Below the pieces are notes generated by a model that was not told where the DNA came from, made no database searches, and was given only the letters and a program-made list of their open reading frames with translations. This document shows, in pieces, positions 42,101-49,545 of a DNA stretch of 64,000 nucleotides (its first letter is position 1; each line of letters begins with the position of its first letter). Origin of the DNA: Perna viridis (taxonomy: Eukaryota); assembly GCA_037379345.1 (NCBI GenBank), contig CM074517.1, positions 13,330,001 through 13,394,000 of the forward strand, given 5' to 3'. The translations under genes were made by a program, and so were the position numbers.

Positions 42101-45100
42101 TCCTGAGAAAGTGTAGTTATACTTTTTATATCTTCAGAATCAGACATATTTTTTATAAATTGTACCAAACCTAATAAAAAAATGAGGGAGTGTGTTTTTT
42201 ATTTTATTGATTTGGTAATAAAATAATAAAATATAGGCCACAAGAATGAAGGAGGGCCCAAGAACCAATGAATTAACTGTGCATGGCCTTAGATAATATA
42301 CAGGTAGTAATTAATTTCTTAGTAGTTAATTAATGATAAATGATATTTGCATGTCAGGGTAATTAAAGTCTATATAGTGGTCGTCTTAAAGTAGAAAAGA
42401 AGTTTGAATTTTCTTTTTTCTTTTCAGTTTGTCAAACAAGACAGTTTTAGAATACAATGTTTACAAGCCATGTCTTGTGTTTTATGGAATTGTGGATCTA
42501 CTGTATGAAAAACTGTTCAAAGTAAGTTTTGGTTTTTACAGTGTTAGCAAGTGCATTCTGGGAATGATATAGTTAATTAAGTACTAGGAATTATTATGAC
42601 ACATGTAAAAATCAAATGTGTAAATAACAACTTTAATTCATGCATATTGAATCTTTTAATTTCCCAGTTTAGTGTCCACCATGCCAATCGTGAGGGTGTG
42701 TGCCATATCAATTTCCAATATCAAGCAATTCTTTGTTTTGTTTTTTTGTTTTTTTGGTTTTTTTTTTCATGTTTTGGCTTAATTCTTTTTTATCCCCTTC
42801 ATCCACCTTGCATATAAGTGTATTTACTTTTCCTGCAACTGCCATGAAAAAATAAAAGTGATGCAATGTGTTAATTGTAATTTGTACCATTTATGGTATG
42901 ACCTGAGGGTATAGGATTTTAAACACATGTTTCATGTTGTGAGTACTGGAAATTATTCATTTATGTTCATTGGCTAGATGTAGAATGATAAATATTTTTG
43001 AAAAAAAGAAAAAAATATATAATGATAAATCCTATGATAATATCTAAATTTACAGTATTAATTAAAATCTTTACTCAAATGATGCATCACAATCAAGTAA
43101 TTTTTTTATTGTATGCATCATGATTCATATGTATGTTATGTGCTTGTACTGCGTGTATCATAGGCCATGGGTCAGTATATTATGTATCCTGTGTGTATTA
43201 TAGGTCTCAGTCTTGTATTCTTTGCCCCATAGGCTTCTATAGTATACCTTAAATTTTCATGATTTTTTAAAAATACACAAGGAGTTTCAATCTAACTTTT
43301 AACCATGTTTTTCAATTAATGTCCAAAATAATTTTTAGGTCCATTTTAGAAAAAAAGGCACAAAGTTTGGTACACCAGGACAGGTCAAACTAAAAATAGA
43401 CTTATTCTACTTTCACTTTTATTTTGAGTTCATAAAATAGACCCCTTTTCTGAAGCATTATTTTTCATGAAAATACTGTTTTTCCTCGAAAACAAGTTTA
43501 TTGTATCATAGCTTGATATTTACCCTGTACTTTTGATGAAAAATTATAGCCATTTGCCAAGAAACAAAAACAGGAAAAAGCAAAAAGGAAGTGCAGTATA
43601 TTTTTAGCCTCCATGTTTTGATGTACACCCGCTCAGGAATATGTAATACAAGACTGATACCTATAGGCAATCATAAGTGAATACAAGGCCCCCATTTTAG
43701 GCATGATAGTATATATATTTCCTAATCTTCCTTGTATGACTATGGTTATCTTTCTTTGTTCAAGATTCCTCTGTGGGTAGACCAGAATTTACCATTTAAA
43801 TAGATGTACAAACAGTTTTTTGTTTTTGTTTTTAGTTTTGTTTGTTCTTTTTTGGTAAAGTTATCAAAAAGGATGAACATTTCTGCACTTTTCATCCTTA
43901 TTTTCTTGAGTTGTTAACCTTTTTTACATTTTCTTTAATTTTATTTATTATTAAAAAATAAAAATTCTATTAAAATTGGTTTGTGACTCTGAATAGTAAG
44001 CAGCATACATAAAATGTGGAGTACTACAAAGTTCAAGATTATTAGGGCAGATATAATGCATTAAATTTAATATAAATGATAGAGATTTGGGTAATGAGTT
44101 CAGAATACCCAATTTATATCCAAAATCTACAGATGGTTTGTTTTTAAAAACATGCCTTCATCTCTGACTGTAATATAGATCTAAAATTCCCATACAAGAA
44201 CTCCTAATTAAATATAGGTGAATGACAAACCGTTTCCTCTTTGATGTCCCACAGATAAAAAATTTAATACATACTGTATGAATATAACTTTAATAATCAA
44301 ATAAGTATATAGCATGAATCTACAAACTATTAGGTATTCTGTGAAAAAAATTACTATCTAGTTGGTTTTTTTTTTTTTTTTTTTTTTAATGGATCAGAAC
44401 TAATATAGATATCACTTGGTTGAGGTGCCAGCTACCGACTGTTACATTAATGGGAAACTTCATTGAAGGTCTTTGTTTATTGCCAGACATTTTCAAACAG
44501 TTATGATTTTTCCTTGAGATAACTCGAACAGTAGAAAACCCAAAGTTTGATTCACAATTTTTTCCTTGATTAAAACAGTTTTACGGTGTCAAATCTAATA
44601 TCATGTAATATTTAATCTAATACAATATAGGGCAGGATTTCAAACCTTATTCTTATCATCACAATGCATCTGTTTTGTGAAAACATTGAAAATGATTTAT
44701 TCACATCAATTTTTTGACACTGACAGAAATTCATCTCTTTTTGTTGAATCTTTTGAATAAATTGTTTCATTATCCTATTTATCTATTTTTGTCTTTGTAC
44801 AAAGTGTGAAAAGAAAATTTGTGTATCTAAGATTCATTGATATTTGTTAATCCAGTAGGTGACAAAAGCTGACAAGGGGAAGGGGTTCTTTGGAGGAAGG
44901 GGATTTTAATAGTCTTCATCTTATCAGGTAATTGGTCCAAAACTGTCACAATCTTATTTTGACTTTGTTGTCTTGTTTGACAGAGAATTTTCCAGAAAAG
45001 AGTTACTGTAATCGAATTGCCCTGCAAGTGGCATTTTGTAAAATGTTAATGCAATTTATTATGTTTCAAGTTACATAAAATGCACACAAGTAGGACCTCA

Positions 45101-48100
45101 CACTATTATTGAAATTGTACATGCTTAAACTTTTGACAGCTTGTAAATTCGATCAATTTTTCATATCAAAAGCGTCCAGCAATTCGACCATGTGAACAGT
45201 GTTCAGATAAATGTTAAGAGGAAGAGGGAAAAAAAAAGAATAATAATGTAATTTATTTATAGTTAATAAAGTATTCATTTTTCATATTCTTGTATTTTGT
45301 TCATAATTTTTACTTGTTTACATTTAAGCTGATTTTTCTGAAATACTGATGTATTTTTTCTCTTTTTGTTGTGTAACAGTTAGGAACTAATGATTACCAA
45401 AGTTTTCTTTCTATATCAAAGACACATTAGGCTAAAATGAGTATTTAATACAGAAAAAAGTATCTTTTTGATATAAAATCCTTTTAGGTCTAATTGAATG
45501 GTAGAAAAGTACTTACAGTTCTTTTTTAAGTTTACTGAAATAAAAAACTGTTTTTGCAATACTTTAATATGTATAATTTCAAATGTAGATTTTTTTGGTG
45601 AAGTATATTGATCATTCATGAAATTTTATTAGGTTAAATTTGGTTTTGATTGGCTGTTCAAATGAATGGTAATTGATCATTAATGTGAATTATAAGGTCA
45701 AAACATGCAGAAAGATTTGTAAATTTCATAAATTAGAATTTCAAAATAAACCCTATACAAGAATTAAGTGTAAAAACCATCATAGCTACTTGTCTACCTA
45801 CATTCTTGCATATATAAAAGATTTCCTTAAGTGTTAGAACGGCAGGTATTGTAATTATGCACCACCTACTTAAAAGAAGTAAAACCCTTCATGAATGAGT
45901 TTTTTATCTCCGTATACCACAAAATGACAATGAATTATTCTTAATTCATGAAAAGAATTCCATTGTGAATAAATTTGAAATCATCCTTGCGATGTTTTTT
46001 TTTTTTTACATTAACCTCTTTATAAGTGTCATCCTTAAATGGAAAATAATAGAAGTAAGTGCTTGGTGTGGATTATTTTATAATTATCTCTGTTGAAACA
46101 AGGATTTTAAAAGAGATTTTTAAAAACTTTTTTTTTCAATTTGTTATGCAATTTCAAAATTTAAAAGTTTGACACTGTGTCATAACTTTGTGTCTCATGA
46201 TTCATCAAAATTTTGTGGAAAAAATGTCTTTTGAAAGTAAAATGTCCATTGATTTTAGTGAAATGCTGAACACCTGCAAAATCCCGTTTCTGTCAACCGC
46301 ATTAAAGTTTCTCACAAGATTTGTTGCCTTAGCCTCATTAAATCTACATGTAATTTACACTTGAAAGCAAATTTTGATATAGTGACTAATAATATGATTG
46401 AAGTTAAAGTTACAAGTTTTACTTATGCAGTGGAATTGTAGTTCAAGACAAAATCTGCATATTAAAGAGCTTTTGACATTGTGTATATAATGATATTGGT
46501 TTGGGTTTTCCTAGCATTTTCAAGCTTGATAACTATAGAAAATTCAGTGAATCCCTTCCAGTATTTGTCACATCCCCCCTCAATAACTTGAATAAGTATA
46601 TTTTACAGCTTGATTTTTTCTTTTTATTAATTTTTATATGCCTGTCTATGTATTGTAGTGTCCATCTATTATTCACATTCTGCACAACAGCAAAAAAAAA
46701 TCTATCTTTAATTTTTATAAAACTTAAGTGAATTTTTTCTTTCTATTGATGTGAACTCCCTTTTGGTTATCTTTTGTTTTTGAGTTATAGGACTTTATTC
46801 ATACAAAAATTGGGAAATTATTTTTTCAGTATACTGACTGCTAATATCACTATAAAAACATTTTGGGAAATTTATTAAGGATGTTTTCTTCTTCCTCTGT
46901 TGATGATTTTTTATACAATCATTTGCTTGTGTCACTATGAAAATCTTCTTAAACATGTATATTGCTCCAAACTGTGTGCAAGGTAATTTTAGTTAATCAA
47001 TAATTTGACTAAAAAAGATGTCCAAAGTACTTTAACATGCAAACTCTAGTTAAACTACAATTAAATCTCAATTTTCCACTTATATTCTTTCAATGTTATG
47101 GACAGATTTAATGTGATCATATTTTTGGATGTTTTCCAAACAGTACTTTATTTTCTTGTCTGATTCAGTGTGTGAGGATTCCTTTACTATCAAGGAATGG
47201 ATGTATAAAAGTTATGTAACAGTAAATCTCTGGTCCTGCTTCGTCAGTCCAGACTTAGCATGAGCCTTTGTGTCATACATGCTCCCATTGTAAACCTTGT
47301 CAAAACAGTATTTGTTCAGATTGTTAAGATTCACACTTTGATAATTCCTGTAATCTTTACCGTGATCTGAAGGTGTATATGGGTCTTGTTTGTTTGCCTC
47401 AGCCCATTCCATCTTATCTACAGAAACACAGGTGTAGGACATTAACATAATTCCTCGGTTTTCTTACCAGCACTGCGGAGATTACGTGGGGATCTTCGTT
47501 TGTCAACAAAATCTGGTGTAAGTCGAAGATTTCTAAATAAGACCTGTCGAGTGACGGAATCGGACATTTTCCTTAAACAAATAGTAAAGATGTTACTCTG
47601 TCAGATTTATCAAAATATTTGGGCAGATAAATATTTTTCACTGTGTGTATGTGCCATGGCAGATTAGAGATAATCTCCACAGTATAACTAGTGGGATTTG
47701 CAGATCAACATTCTTTCGTTTGTCACCAAAGTTTGTCAGCTTTAGTGTGTATATGCCTGTTTCTAACTCAATTTAAAAGCATACCTTTAACATGGCATTT
47801 TTTTATCTGTCAGTAGACTTCTACCACAGTCTTTCAGATTGCATGTACTGTCAAAGATATATGACCTACAAAAATCAGAATGAGTCAGCAACTGAAAATA
47901 ATGTATTCTTATGTAATTTTTAAGTCATTAGGTGCTTCAGTTTTATACTTACCTGCCTATTAAGGTGAGGAGACCTGAGATGAGTTCTATGTAGCTGGCT
48001 GTGTTGTAGGGTAGACTATGTATTTAAGTATGCCAATCAAAGAGTGGCATTAAGAAATATCAAATATTTACCTAAAAATAGTTTATGCATTTAGAAAAAA

Positions 48101-49545
48101 TTATGAACATTTAAAAATCAGTGAAGCACATTTTGTAATTAATATTGAAAACATCCTGTCCAACTTGAGTGTCTACTGTATGTTATTAAAGTATGCATTA
48201 TCTTTTGACTTACAGCTAAAGTTTTTCATACCAGTAATGGCTAGGGCCTTCACAATAAATTCTAAAACATTATGAACAAGTAATTTTTCTAGACAAATTT
48301 CCCCATAAAGATTTTATAAGATAAAATACTTTGCCCAACTGTCTATTACATTAAAAATATTAAATTTACCCTTCCATATCTTCTGTAACATATATGTGGG
48401 TATCAATTTTCAAGATTTCAAAAAAATAATTAGCACTATATTGCATTAAAAAGCAATGAGGTCAGCATTATTTTTCATTGTTTTCTGTCCGCTGTGAATA
48501 GCAAAAATTAGTACGTTGTATGTTGGCAGCACCTCATTGCAGTAAAATCTGTCTTAAACTAACACTGAAAATCTGAAATCTGTCCCGACACTTTTTTAAA
48601 GTTCTTTTGTATCAGTTTAAATGTATTTTGAACCTTGGTGTAACTTTCTAAACCAAAATGATTCTTAAGTTTAAACAGGGCTCAGTTTAGACAGGTTTCA
48701 TTATTTTATAGAGCAAGGTCTTAATTAGGTGGAAGATTTTTTAGAATTTCATAATTCTGTTCTCTTTTTAATAGAAAGTGACGGTAGCCCCTGATGGAAG
48801 CTGGAGCAGTACCCTGGCTGATTACATCAGGAATAATGACAAACCATTGATTGAGGCGTGTGATAAAGTTTTGCGTGGGTATGAGGATGAGTTATTGCCT
48901 TGTGAATCTGTTGCAGAGATCATGGATGTCATAGGTATGATAAACTTATATGGAAGGTTATGTGAAAACCCTATTAAAAAATTATGACAACCAAGGTATC
49001 AACGAAAGTAAAAATAAAATTGGGTTTCATATTGAATCTCAAAGATTTTTTAATCCAAATCCTTCCTCAATCCAAATTTCAACCAATCAAATCATTTGAT
49101 ATTGAAGGGTTGAGTATATACTAAAAATGTGAGGAAAATACCAATTTGAGATTTTTTTACATCCAGGCCTAGGTTCTAACTTTTCATCTGTAATAAAATC
49201 AACTGAAAACAATTCAATTTTCAACTATTTTTGAAATTCCATAACATTTATCTTTATTTTACTACTTTAAATCACTTATGACAATGTTGCAAAAAATATA
49301 TTGATATTTAAAGATTTAGTAGCTTGTATGAAAATTATCAATGAATATCATGTAACAAGCCATATAAATTGTAAATTATTAAAAAAATAATGATGATTTA
49401 ATAGGCAATTACATGAAAAATGATGGTTTTTAATAAGTATTATTACATGTCAATGAATGAAAACTTTAATTTGATTCCAGGTTTGCTGGATGAAATACCT
49501 GATTCTTCAGCCTTTATGACTGATTTGTTCAGTTCCCTGCCATGA
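87..49545 (+). CDS. UBR4: E3/E4 ubiquitin-protein ligase UBR4 (p600), 5'-partial, 66 exons, 2949 aa in window
   Basis: Spliced translation follows UBR4 as I recall it throughout: [102 protein letters not shown]-terminal LFSSLP*. All introns are GT-AG except one GC-AG, and exon phases chain without a break. Confidence 0.98.
332..649 (+). CDS. UBR4: UBR4 exon 2
   Basis: [17 protein letters not shown]...GMYVASTK. Confidence 0.96.
1179..1430. mobile_element. MITE with TA-flanked TIRs and internal TTCA(C/T)GTGAA-like repeats
   Basis: TA-CACAGGCAAA...TTTGTCTGTG-TA termini; ~10 degenerate palindromic decamers inside. Confidence 0.75.
1481..1612 (+). CDS. UBR4: UBR4 exon 3
   Basis: [10 protein letters not shown]...LEIFNRTIP. 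Confidence 0.95.
1794..1878 (+). CDS. UBR4: UBR4 exon 4
   Basis: [28 protein letters not shown]. Confidence 0.93.
2279..2486 (+). CDS. UBR4: UBR4 exon 5
   Basis: [28 protein letters not shown]. Confidence 0.95.
2864..2927 (+). CDS. UBR4: UBR4 exon 6
   Basis: [21 protein letters not shown]. Confidence 0.92.
3435..3557. repeat. Fold-back (palindromic) MITE remnant
   Basis: ggacttt...atatggacct...attatattga and tcaatataat...aggtccatat...aaagtcc arms. Confidence 0.65.
3644..3778 (+). CDS. UBR4: UBR4 exon 7
   Basis: [25 protein letters not shown]...YYNHK. Confidence 0.94.
4209..4374 (+). CDS. UBR4: UBR4 exon 8
   Basis: DQAQLAHV...[14 protein letters not shown]...SPKEE. Confidence 0.92.
4845..5009 (+). 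CDS. UBR4: UBR4 exon 9
   Basis: [10 protein letters not shown]...[20 protein letters not shown]; alternative in-frame acceptor gives a start at 4851. Confidence 0.9.
5694..5815 (+). CDS. UBR4: UBR4 exon 10
   Basis: [15 protein letters not shown]...FLMSP. Confidence 0.94.
6006..6114 (+). CDS. UBR4: UBR4 exon 11
   Basis: [25 protein letters not shown]. Confidence 0.94.
6363..6484 (+). CDS. UBR4: UBR4 exon 12
   Basis: acidic [11 protein letters not shown]...AFEVV. Confidence 0.9.
6759..6926 (+). CDS. UBR4: UBR4 exon 13
   Basis: [28 protein letters not shown] (UIM-like). Confidence 0.95.
6950..7655 (+). mobile_element. 5'-truncated CR1/L2-group LINE 3' end
   Basis: Degenerate ORF2 C-terminus [35 protein letters not shown], then [22 protein letters not shown], then 3' UTR ending aaataaataatgtttaaac. 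Confidence 0.8.
7799..7855 (+). CDS. UBR4: UBR4 exon 14
   Basis: [19 protein letters not shown]. Confidence 0.88.
8001..8403 (+). mobile_element. MITE (TTAAGTAGC...GCTACTTAA), copy A
   Basis: Terminal and subterminal inverted repeats; near full-length reverse complement of 17903-18304. Confidence 0.85.
8497..8686 (+). CDS. UBR4: UBR4 exon 15
   Basis: [14 protein letters not shown]...[11 protein letters not shown]. Confidence 0.95.
9198..9327 (+). CDS. UBR4: UBR4 exon 16
   Basis: [13 protein letters not shown]...DTSL. Confidence 0.92.
9581..10241 (-). mobile_element. piggyBac-like non-autonomous deletion derivative
   Basis: TTAA at both ends; TIRs ttaaTCCTTGTTGTGCT and AGCACGATAAGGGttaa; minus-strand acidic remnant [21 protein letters not shown], typical of a piggyBac transposase N-terminus. 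Confidence 0.75.
10323..10527 (+). CDS. UBR4: UBR4 exon 17
   Basis: [14 protein letters not shown]...[11 protein letters not shown]. Confidence 0.96.
11170..11403 (+). CDS. UBR4: UBR4 exon 18
   Basis: DLENVSNR...[11 protein letters not shown]...YWKQYSTQE. Confidence 0.95.
11644..11811 (+). CDS. UBR4: UBR4 exon 19
   Basis: [21 protein letters not shown]...LRLPYQ. Confidence 0.96.
12042..12119 (+). CDS. UBR4: UBR4 exon 20
   Basis: LKKISESN...[11 protein letters not shown]. Confidence 0.93.
12541..12759 (+). CDS. UBR4: UBR4 exon 21
   Basis: [18 protein letters not shown]...YDTLLSI. Confidence 0.96.
13246..13324 (+). CDS. UBR4: UBR4 exon 22
   Basis: [22 protein letters not shown]. Confidence 0.94.
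13606..13785 (+). CDS. UBR4: UBR4 exon 23
   Basis: [30 protein letters not shown]. Confidence 0.94.
14193..14364 (+). CDS. UBR4: UBR4 exon 24
   Basis: [22 protein letters not shown]; alternative in-frame acceptor gives a start at 14199. Confidence 0.92.
14633..14866 (+). CDS. UBR4: UBR4 exon 25
   Basis: [15 protein letters not shown]...HHPNAQIY. Confidence 0.95.
15290..15377 (+). CDS. UBR4: UBR4 exon 26
   Basis: [22 protein letters not shown]. Confidence 0.96.
15794..15922 (+). CDS. UBR4: UBR4 exon 27
   Basis: [16 protein letters not shown]...DLKRTKM. Confidence 0.96.
16508..16572 (+). CDS. UBR4: UBR4 exon 28
   Basis: [21 protein letters not shown]. Confidence 0.95.
16780..17222. mobile_element. 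TA-CAGT MITE with an internal 43-bp tandem array (~7 copies, 16914-17213)
   Basis: tacagtaaacc...ggttttactgta termini; unit aacataagaaaccttcagtaatattgggttttagacaggtctt. Confidence 0.85.
17317..17377 (+). CDS. UBR4: UBR4 exon 29
   Basis: [20 protein letters not shown]. Confidence 0.94.
17596..17774 (+). CDS. UBR4: UBR4 exon 30
   Basis: [32 protein letters not shown]. Confidence 0.96.
17903..18304 (-). mobile_element. MITE, copy B (inverted relative to copy A)
   Basis: Reverse-complement match to 8001-8403. Confidence 0.85.
18779..18917 (+). CDS. UBR4: UBR4 exon 31
   Basis: [24 protein letters not shown]...NEEDRKK. Confidence 0.96.
19620..19742 (+). CDS. UBR4: UBR4 exon 32
   Basis: [19 protein letters not shown]. 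Confidence 0.94.
20035..20175 (+). CDS. UBR4: UBR4 exon 33
   Basis: [17 protein letters not shown]. Confidence 0.94.
20739..20902. mobile_element. TACTG...CAGTA MITE
   Basis: tactgctataaacgtactaatttt...aaaattaatacgtttacagta inverted termini. Confidence 0.6.
21025..21185 (+). CDS. UBR4: UBR4 exon 34
   Basis: [19 protein letters not shown]. Confidence 0.92.
21200..21670 (+). mobile_element. Helentron/Helitron-type non-autonomous element
   Basis: ttattataccc start, tctgtcc-like microsatellite, duplicated internal core, ggggtat subterminal inverted repeat and 3' hairpin; a relative lies at ~52262-52480. Confidence 0.6.
22172..22283 (+). CDS. UBR4: UBR4 exon 35
   Basis: [19 protein letters not shown]. 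Confidence 0.94.
22599..22781 (+). CDS. UBR4: UBR4 exon 36
   Basis: [14 protein letters not shown]...SNPDL. Confidence 0.95.
23331..23415 (+). CDS. UBR4: UBR4 exon 37
   Basis: [11 protein letters not shown]...[11 protein letters not shown]. Confidence 0.95.
23834..23946 (+). CDS. UBR4: UBR4 exon 38
   Basis: MRLFLMG...[13 protein letters not shown]. Confidence 0.93.
24745..24874 (+). CDS. UBR4: UBR4 exon 39
   Basis: [21 protein letters not shown]. Confidence 0.92.
25299..25584 (+). CDS. UBR4: UBR4 exon 40
   Basis: [17 protein letters not shown] (calmodulin-binding region in vertebrate UBR4, as recalled). Confidence 0.94.
26394..26535 (+). CDS. UBR4: UBR4 exon 41
   Basis: [21 protein letters not shown]. 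Confidence 0.95.
26673..26754 (+). CDS. UBR4: UBR4 exon 42
   Basis: [19 protein letters not shown]. Confidence 0.95.
27024..27197 (+). CDS. UBR4: UBR4 exon 43 (followed by GC donor)
   Basis: [24 protein letters not shown]...LEELTS; G|GCAAGT. Confidence 0.92.
27605..27726 (+). CDS. UBR4: UBR4 exon 44
   Basis: TDSETKEFM...[14 protein letters not shown]. Confidence 0.96.
27991..28144 (+). CDS. UBR4: UBR4 exon 45
   Basis: [20 protein letters not shown]...KNKICQ. Confidence 0.96.
28128..28338 (+). repeat. 38/39-bp tandem repeat spanning the exon 45 donor
   Basis: Units aaacaaaatctgtca(a/c)ggtat(a/g)tattgttcagaatagt x3, then aattaaaattttcagaaggtatgtattgttcagaatagt x2, plus a partial copy. Confidence 0.9.
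28757..28800 (+). CDS. UBR4: UBR4 exon 46
   Basis: [14 protein letters not shown]. Confidence 0.95.
29353..29436 (+). CDS. UBR4: UBR4 exon 47
   Basis: [22 protein letters not shown]. Confidence 0.95.
29719..29806 (+). CDS. UBR4: UBR4 exon 48
   Basis: [20 protein letters not shown]. Confidence 0.95.
30020..30660 (+). mobile_element. Helentron-type element with ~160-bp internal tandem core, copy A
   Basis: Shares its core and 3' end (agaagataaaggtctaaagcc...ggggtatgtgag..gctca) with 35495-36210. Confidence 0.75.
30684..30765 (+). CDS. UBR4: UBR4 exon 49
   Basis: [26 protein letters not shown]. Confidence 0.93.
30725..30995 (+). repeat. ~55-58-bp tandem repeat (5 copies) of the exon 49 3' end and donor
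   Basis: ctcaaagtca(tgc)tggaaag recurs five times. Confidence 0.9.
31393..31546 (+). CDS. UBR4: UBR4 exon 50
   Basis: [16 protein letters not shown]...MLGALNL. Confidence 0.95.
31634..32821. mobile_element. Tc1/mariner-type non-autonomous element (TA-CAGTAGTCC...GGACTACTG-TA)
   Basis: TIRs with TA flanks; contains a ~200-bp palindrome at 31786-31989. Confidence 0.7.
33183..33308 (+). CDS. UBR4: UBR4 exon 51
   Basis: ALWAEQES...[14 protein letters not shown]. Confidence 0.94.
33345..33415 (+). mobile_element. Penelope-like retroelement fragment
   Basis: Translates as ...[15 protein letters not shown], resembling the PLE motif YDKRDDFxFxIVNFPF. Confidence 0.6.
33508..33698 (+). CDS. UBR4: UBR4 exon 52
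   Basis: [21 protein letters not shown]. Confidence 0.95.
33938..34075. repeat. 69-bp direct tandem duplication
   Basis: aaacttgaaagattaca...ggcagatt x2. Confidence 0.9.
34281..34353 (+). CDS. UBR4: UBR4 exon 53
   Basis: [24 protein letters not shown]. Confidence 0.95.
34785..34894 (+). CDS. UBR4: UBR4 exon 54
   Basis: [17 protein letters not shown]. Confidence 0.94.
35181..35280 (+). CDS. UBR4: UBR4 exon 55
   Basis: [20 protein letters not shown]. Confidence 0.95.
35495..36210 (+). mobile_element. Helentron-type element, copy B
   Basis: atgccccatgcaacgaagttgc hairpin, ctgtcagtcc microsatellite, ~160-bp core repeats, 3' ggggtatgtgagcacgctca. Confidence 0.75.
36721..37034. mobile_element. 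Long fold-back MITE (~140-bp arms)
   Basis: ttagataggctag...gctctctagggaaaaatctgc...accacagaacacctgtg arm and its reverse complement; a degenerate relative lies at ~33795-33940. Confidence 0.8.
37400..37528 (+). CDS. UBR4: UBR4 exon 56
   Basis: [24 protein letters not shown]. Confidence 0.95.
37682..37771 (+). CDS. UBR4: UBR4 exon 57
   Basis: [23 protein letters not shown]. Confidence 0.95.
38139..38261 (+). CDS. UBR4: UBR4 exon 58 (hemiRING start)
   Basis: TNEKGQV...[14 protein letters not shown]. Confidence 0.96.
38352..39215 (+). mobile_element. Helentron/Helitron-N element (tcacctg...caggtgagc type)
   Basis: Subterminal inverted repeat tcacctgg/ccaggtga, gtcgtc microsatellite, duplicated core, 3' hairpin aggctc..gagcct. 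Confidence 0.7.
39400..39533 (+). CDS. UBR4: UBR4 exon 59
   Basis: [20 protein letters not shown]. Confidence 0.96.
39563..39778. mobile_element. MITE (taaggccaaaa...ttttggtcta)
   Basis: Inverted termini including tttcctgctacc and ggtagcaggaaa. Confidence 0.6.
40201..40310 (+). repeat. 57-bp-period duplication of the exon 60 acceptor
   Basis: ataattataaacttattgttttgggcatgcttgtggtaga versus ataattgtaaacttgttgttacaggcatgctcgtggtaga. Confidence 0.85.
40282..40407 (+). CDS. UBR4: UBR4 exon 60
   Basis: [28 protein letters not shown]. Confidence 0.96.
40673..40867 (+). CDS. UBR4: UBR4 exon 61
   Basis: [10 protein letters not shown]...[16 protein letters not shown]. Confidence 0.96.
41143..41227 (+). 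CDS. UBR4: UBR4 exon 62
   Basis: [11 protein letters not shown]...[11 protein letters not shown]. Confidence 0.95.
41646..41785 (+). CDS. UBR4: UBR4 exon 63
   Basis: [16 protein letters not shown]...RLLVLAQTR. Confidence 0.94.
41856..41953. repeat. 49-bp perfect tandem duplication
   Basis: aactttgtggataatatcaatattcaatgaacattttacatttgtcaac x2. Confidence 0.92.
42428..42521 (+). CDS. UBR4: UBR4 exon 64
   Basis: [31 protein letters not shown]. Confidence 0.94.
47212..47567 (-). CDS. Candidate nested antisense gene, 101-aa protein of unknown function (coding exons 47567-47468 and 47417-47212)
   Basis: AAAATG start 4 nt after a TTTGTTTAAG acceptor; G|GTAAG...TTTCTGTAG 50-nt intron joins the two frames; TAA stop; AATAAA at 47152-47147; local CpG enrichment. 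Confidence 0.65.
47953..48020 (-). other. Candidate non-coding first exon of the nested gene
   Basis: Perfect CAG|GTAAGT donor on the minus strand at 47953/47952, which would pair with the acceptor at 47572 (381-nt intron). The 5' end is uncertain. Confidence 0.5.
48775..48934 (+). CDS. UBR4: UBR4 exon 65
   Basis: [26 protein letters not shown]. Confidence 0.96.
49481..49545 (+). CDS. UBR4: UBR4 exon 66 (terminal, TGA stop)
   Basis: [20 protein letters not shown]. Confidence 0.95.

Noticed and set aside
44367-44387. Poly-T run as a retrocopy poly(A) tail
   Set aside because: No clear target-site duplication or recognisable parent; mononucleotide runs are common here.
44969-44982. 14-bp reverse complement of the UBR4 exon 64 start (tgtcaaacaagaca)
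   Set aside because: Matches of this length are expected by chance in a 64-kb AT-rich window.
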